A DNA stretch of 64,000 nt from Squalus acanthias (lineage: Eukaryota), in contig CM059432.1 of NCBI GenBank assembly GCA_030390025.1, forward strand, positions 71,426,001 through 71,490,000, read 5' to 3'. Positions 62,881 to 64,000 of this stretch are shown one piece after another; position 1 is the first letter of the stretch, and every line of letters begins with the position of its first letter. The notes beneath the pieces were generated by a model, which saw only the letters and a list, made by a program, of their open reading frames with translations, did no database searches and was not told where the DNA came from. The position numbers were made by a program, and so were the translations under genes.

Positions 62881-64000
62881 TCATAGAGTCATAGGGGTAA
62901 AAATTCAGTTGGTTGCGCCTCCCGTTAGCGCCTTAAGAGGGCGCTAATGGGGCGCAAAGCCGCTAACGCCCAGGCGCAGTGATGTTTGCGCCGCTCGGGA
63001 ACTTAACTAGAGATTGTGTGGCGGCGCTAAACTTTACCGCTGCGACCACCTGCGCGTGCAGATTGTGACGTCATTCCATGGTGCAACGCCCTTGTGGCGC
63101 CCCGGAGCGGAAATTGAGTGACGCCCCCTGCCTTACCGCCTGGCGCATCCAACGACCAGAAGACTGGAACGCTATCAATCGCTGTGGGGCTGGGGGGGGC
63201 GCTATTTAAAGGGGGCCTCTTCCTGTCTTTTATTGTTGGTGGCATTTTTGAACTACGCATTCTGAGAGAGAGAGGGAGAGACTTCTGGAGAGATTCAACG
63301 TTGTGTGAAGGAGTTTTGGGTACTGAGCAGCACTTTGCAGGTTCATTTTGATTTGCCATTCCTTGTATCGATTTAGCAGAGACTGTGGGAGCTGCACTCT
63401 GAGCTCTTTGCCTGGTACTCTCCATTGTTCTTTCCAGCACATTTGATGTGCAGGTCTTTCCAGGCCGAGATTCAAGGCTGCAATGAACAGGATGTGGATG
63501 GAAAGCAAGATCAACCATCCCCTTTAAGAACTGGCCCGTGCCATTGTGTGTGTGTTCCATTGCTGACTGACATTACATGAGCTTCGCCAGCGCTCTGAGT
63601 TAGCGCCTCACTCCTTGGCCTTTGCGCCTTAAGACAGGTGTGCAGCGCCTGATTTAGCGCTCCACTCACCTCCCGGGGCGGTAAAAGTGAAGTTTCCAGT
63701 CAGTGCCGATAATTAGCGCCAGGCGCTAATATTTGCGTCCAGACGATATTTGCGCCCCAAATGGGGCGCGACCTAATTTTTCCCCCATAGAGTTATACAG
63801 CACAGAAAGAGGCCCTTCGGCCCATCGTGTCCGCGCCGGCCATCAAGCCCTATCTATTCTAATCCCATTTTCCAGCACTTGGTCCGTAGCCTTGTATGCT
63901 ATGGCGTTTCAAGTGCTCATCTAACTGCTTCTTGAATGTTGTGAGGTTTCCTGCCTCTACCACCCTTTCAGGCAGTGAGTTCCAGATTCCAACCACCCTC
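62881..64000 (-). mobile_element. CR1 3' end (tail split by the MITE), running off the window
   Basis: TCATAGAGTCATA|GAGTTATACAGCACAGAAAGAGGCC..., similar to the CR1 end at 59602-59815. Confidence 0.8.
62894..63786. mobile_element. About 0.9-kb non-autonomous Harbinger derivative, copy 2
   Basis: TIRs GGGGTAAAAATT / AATTTTTCCCCC, with TSD ATA (62891-62893 and 63787-63789). Inserted in the tail of a CR1. Confidence 0.9.

Overview
This is eukaryotic, non-genic, repeat-saturated DNA, most likely from a cartilaginous fish (shark). That assignment is inferred from CR1 LINEs with TTCTTATG/TCTATGAT tails, a tRNA-headed DeuSINE and intron-containing Harbinger Myb/SANT remnants. I find no supportable host-gene exon. 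The window has three parts. (1) 1-5.7 kb is nested LINEs. (2) About 5.7-34.6 kb is an uninterrupted array of roughly 1,030 copies of a 28-bp monomer with multi-level higher-order duplications. (3) 34.6-64 kb is a mix of CR1 LINEs, a SINE, PIF/Harbinger derivatives, MITEs and an LTR-like element, nested up to four levels deep. The most interesting signal is a pair of apparently full-length, decayed copies (359-5021 and 45850-51885, minus strand) of a single-ORF APE+RT LINE. Both start at the same nucleotide with a tRNA(Thr, AGT)-like head; copy 2 keeps A and B boxes and copy 1 has lost the B box. Their sense strand is almost free of TTTT Pol III terminators over about 3.3 kb, suggesting a protein-coding LINE transcribed by RNA polymerase III. 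All coordinates and counts were read by eye.
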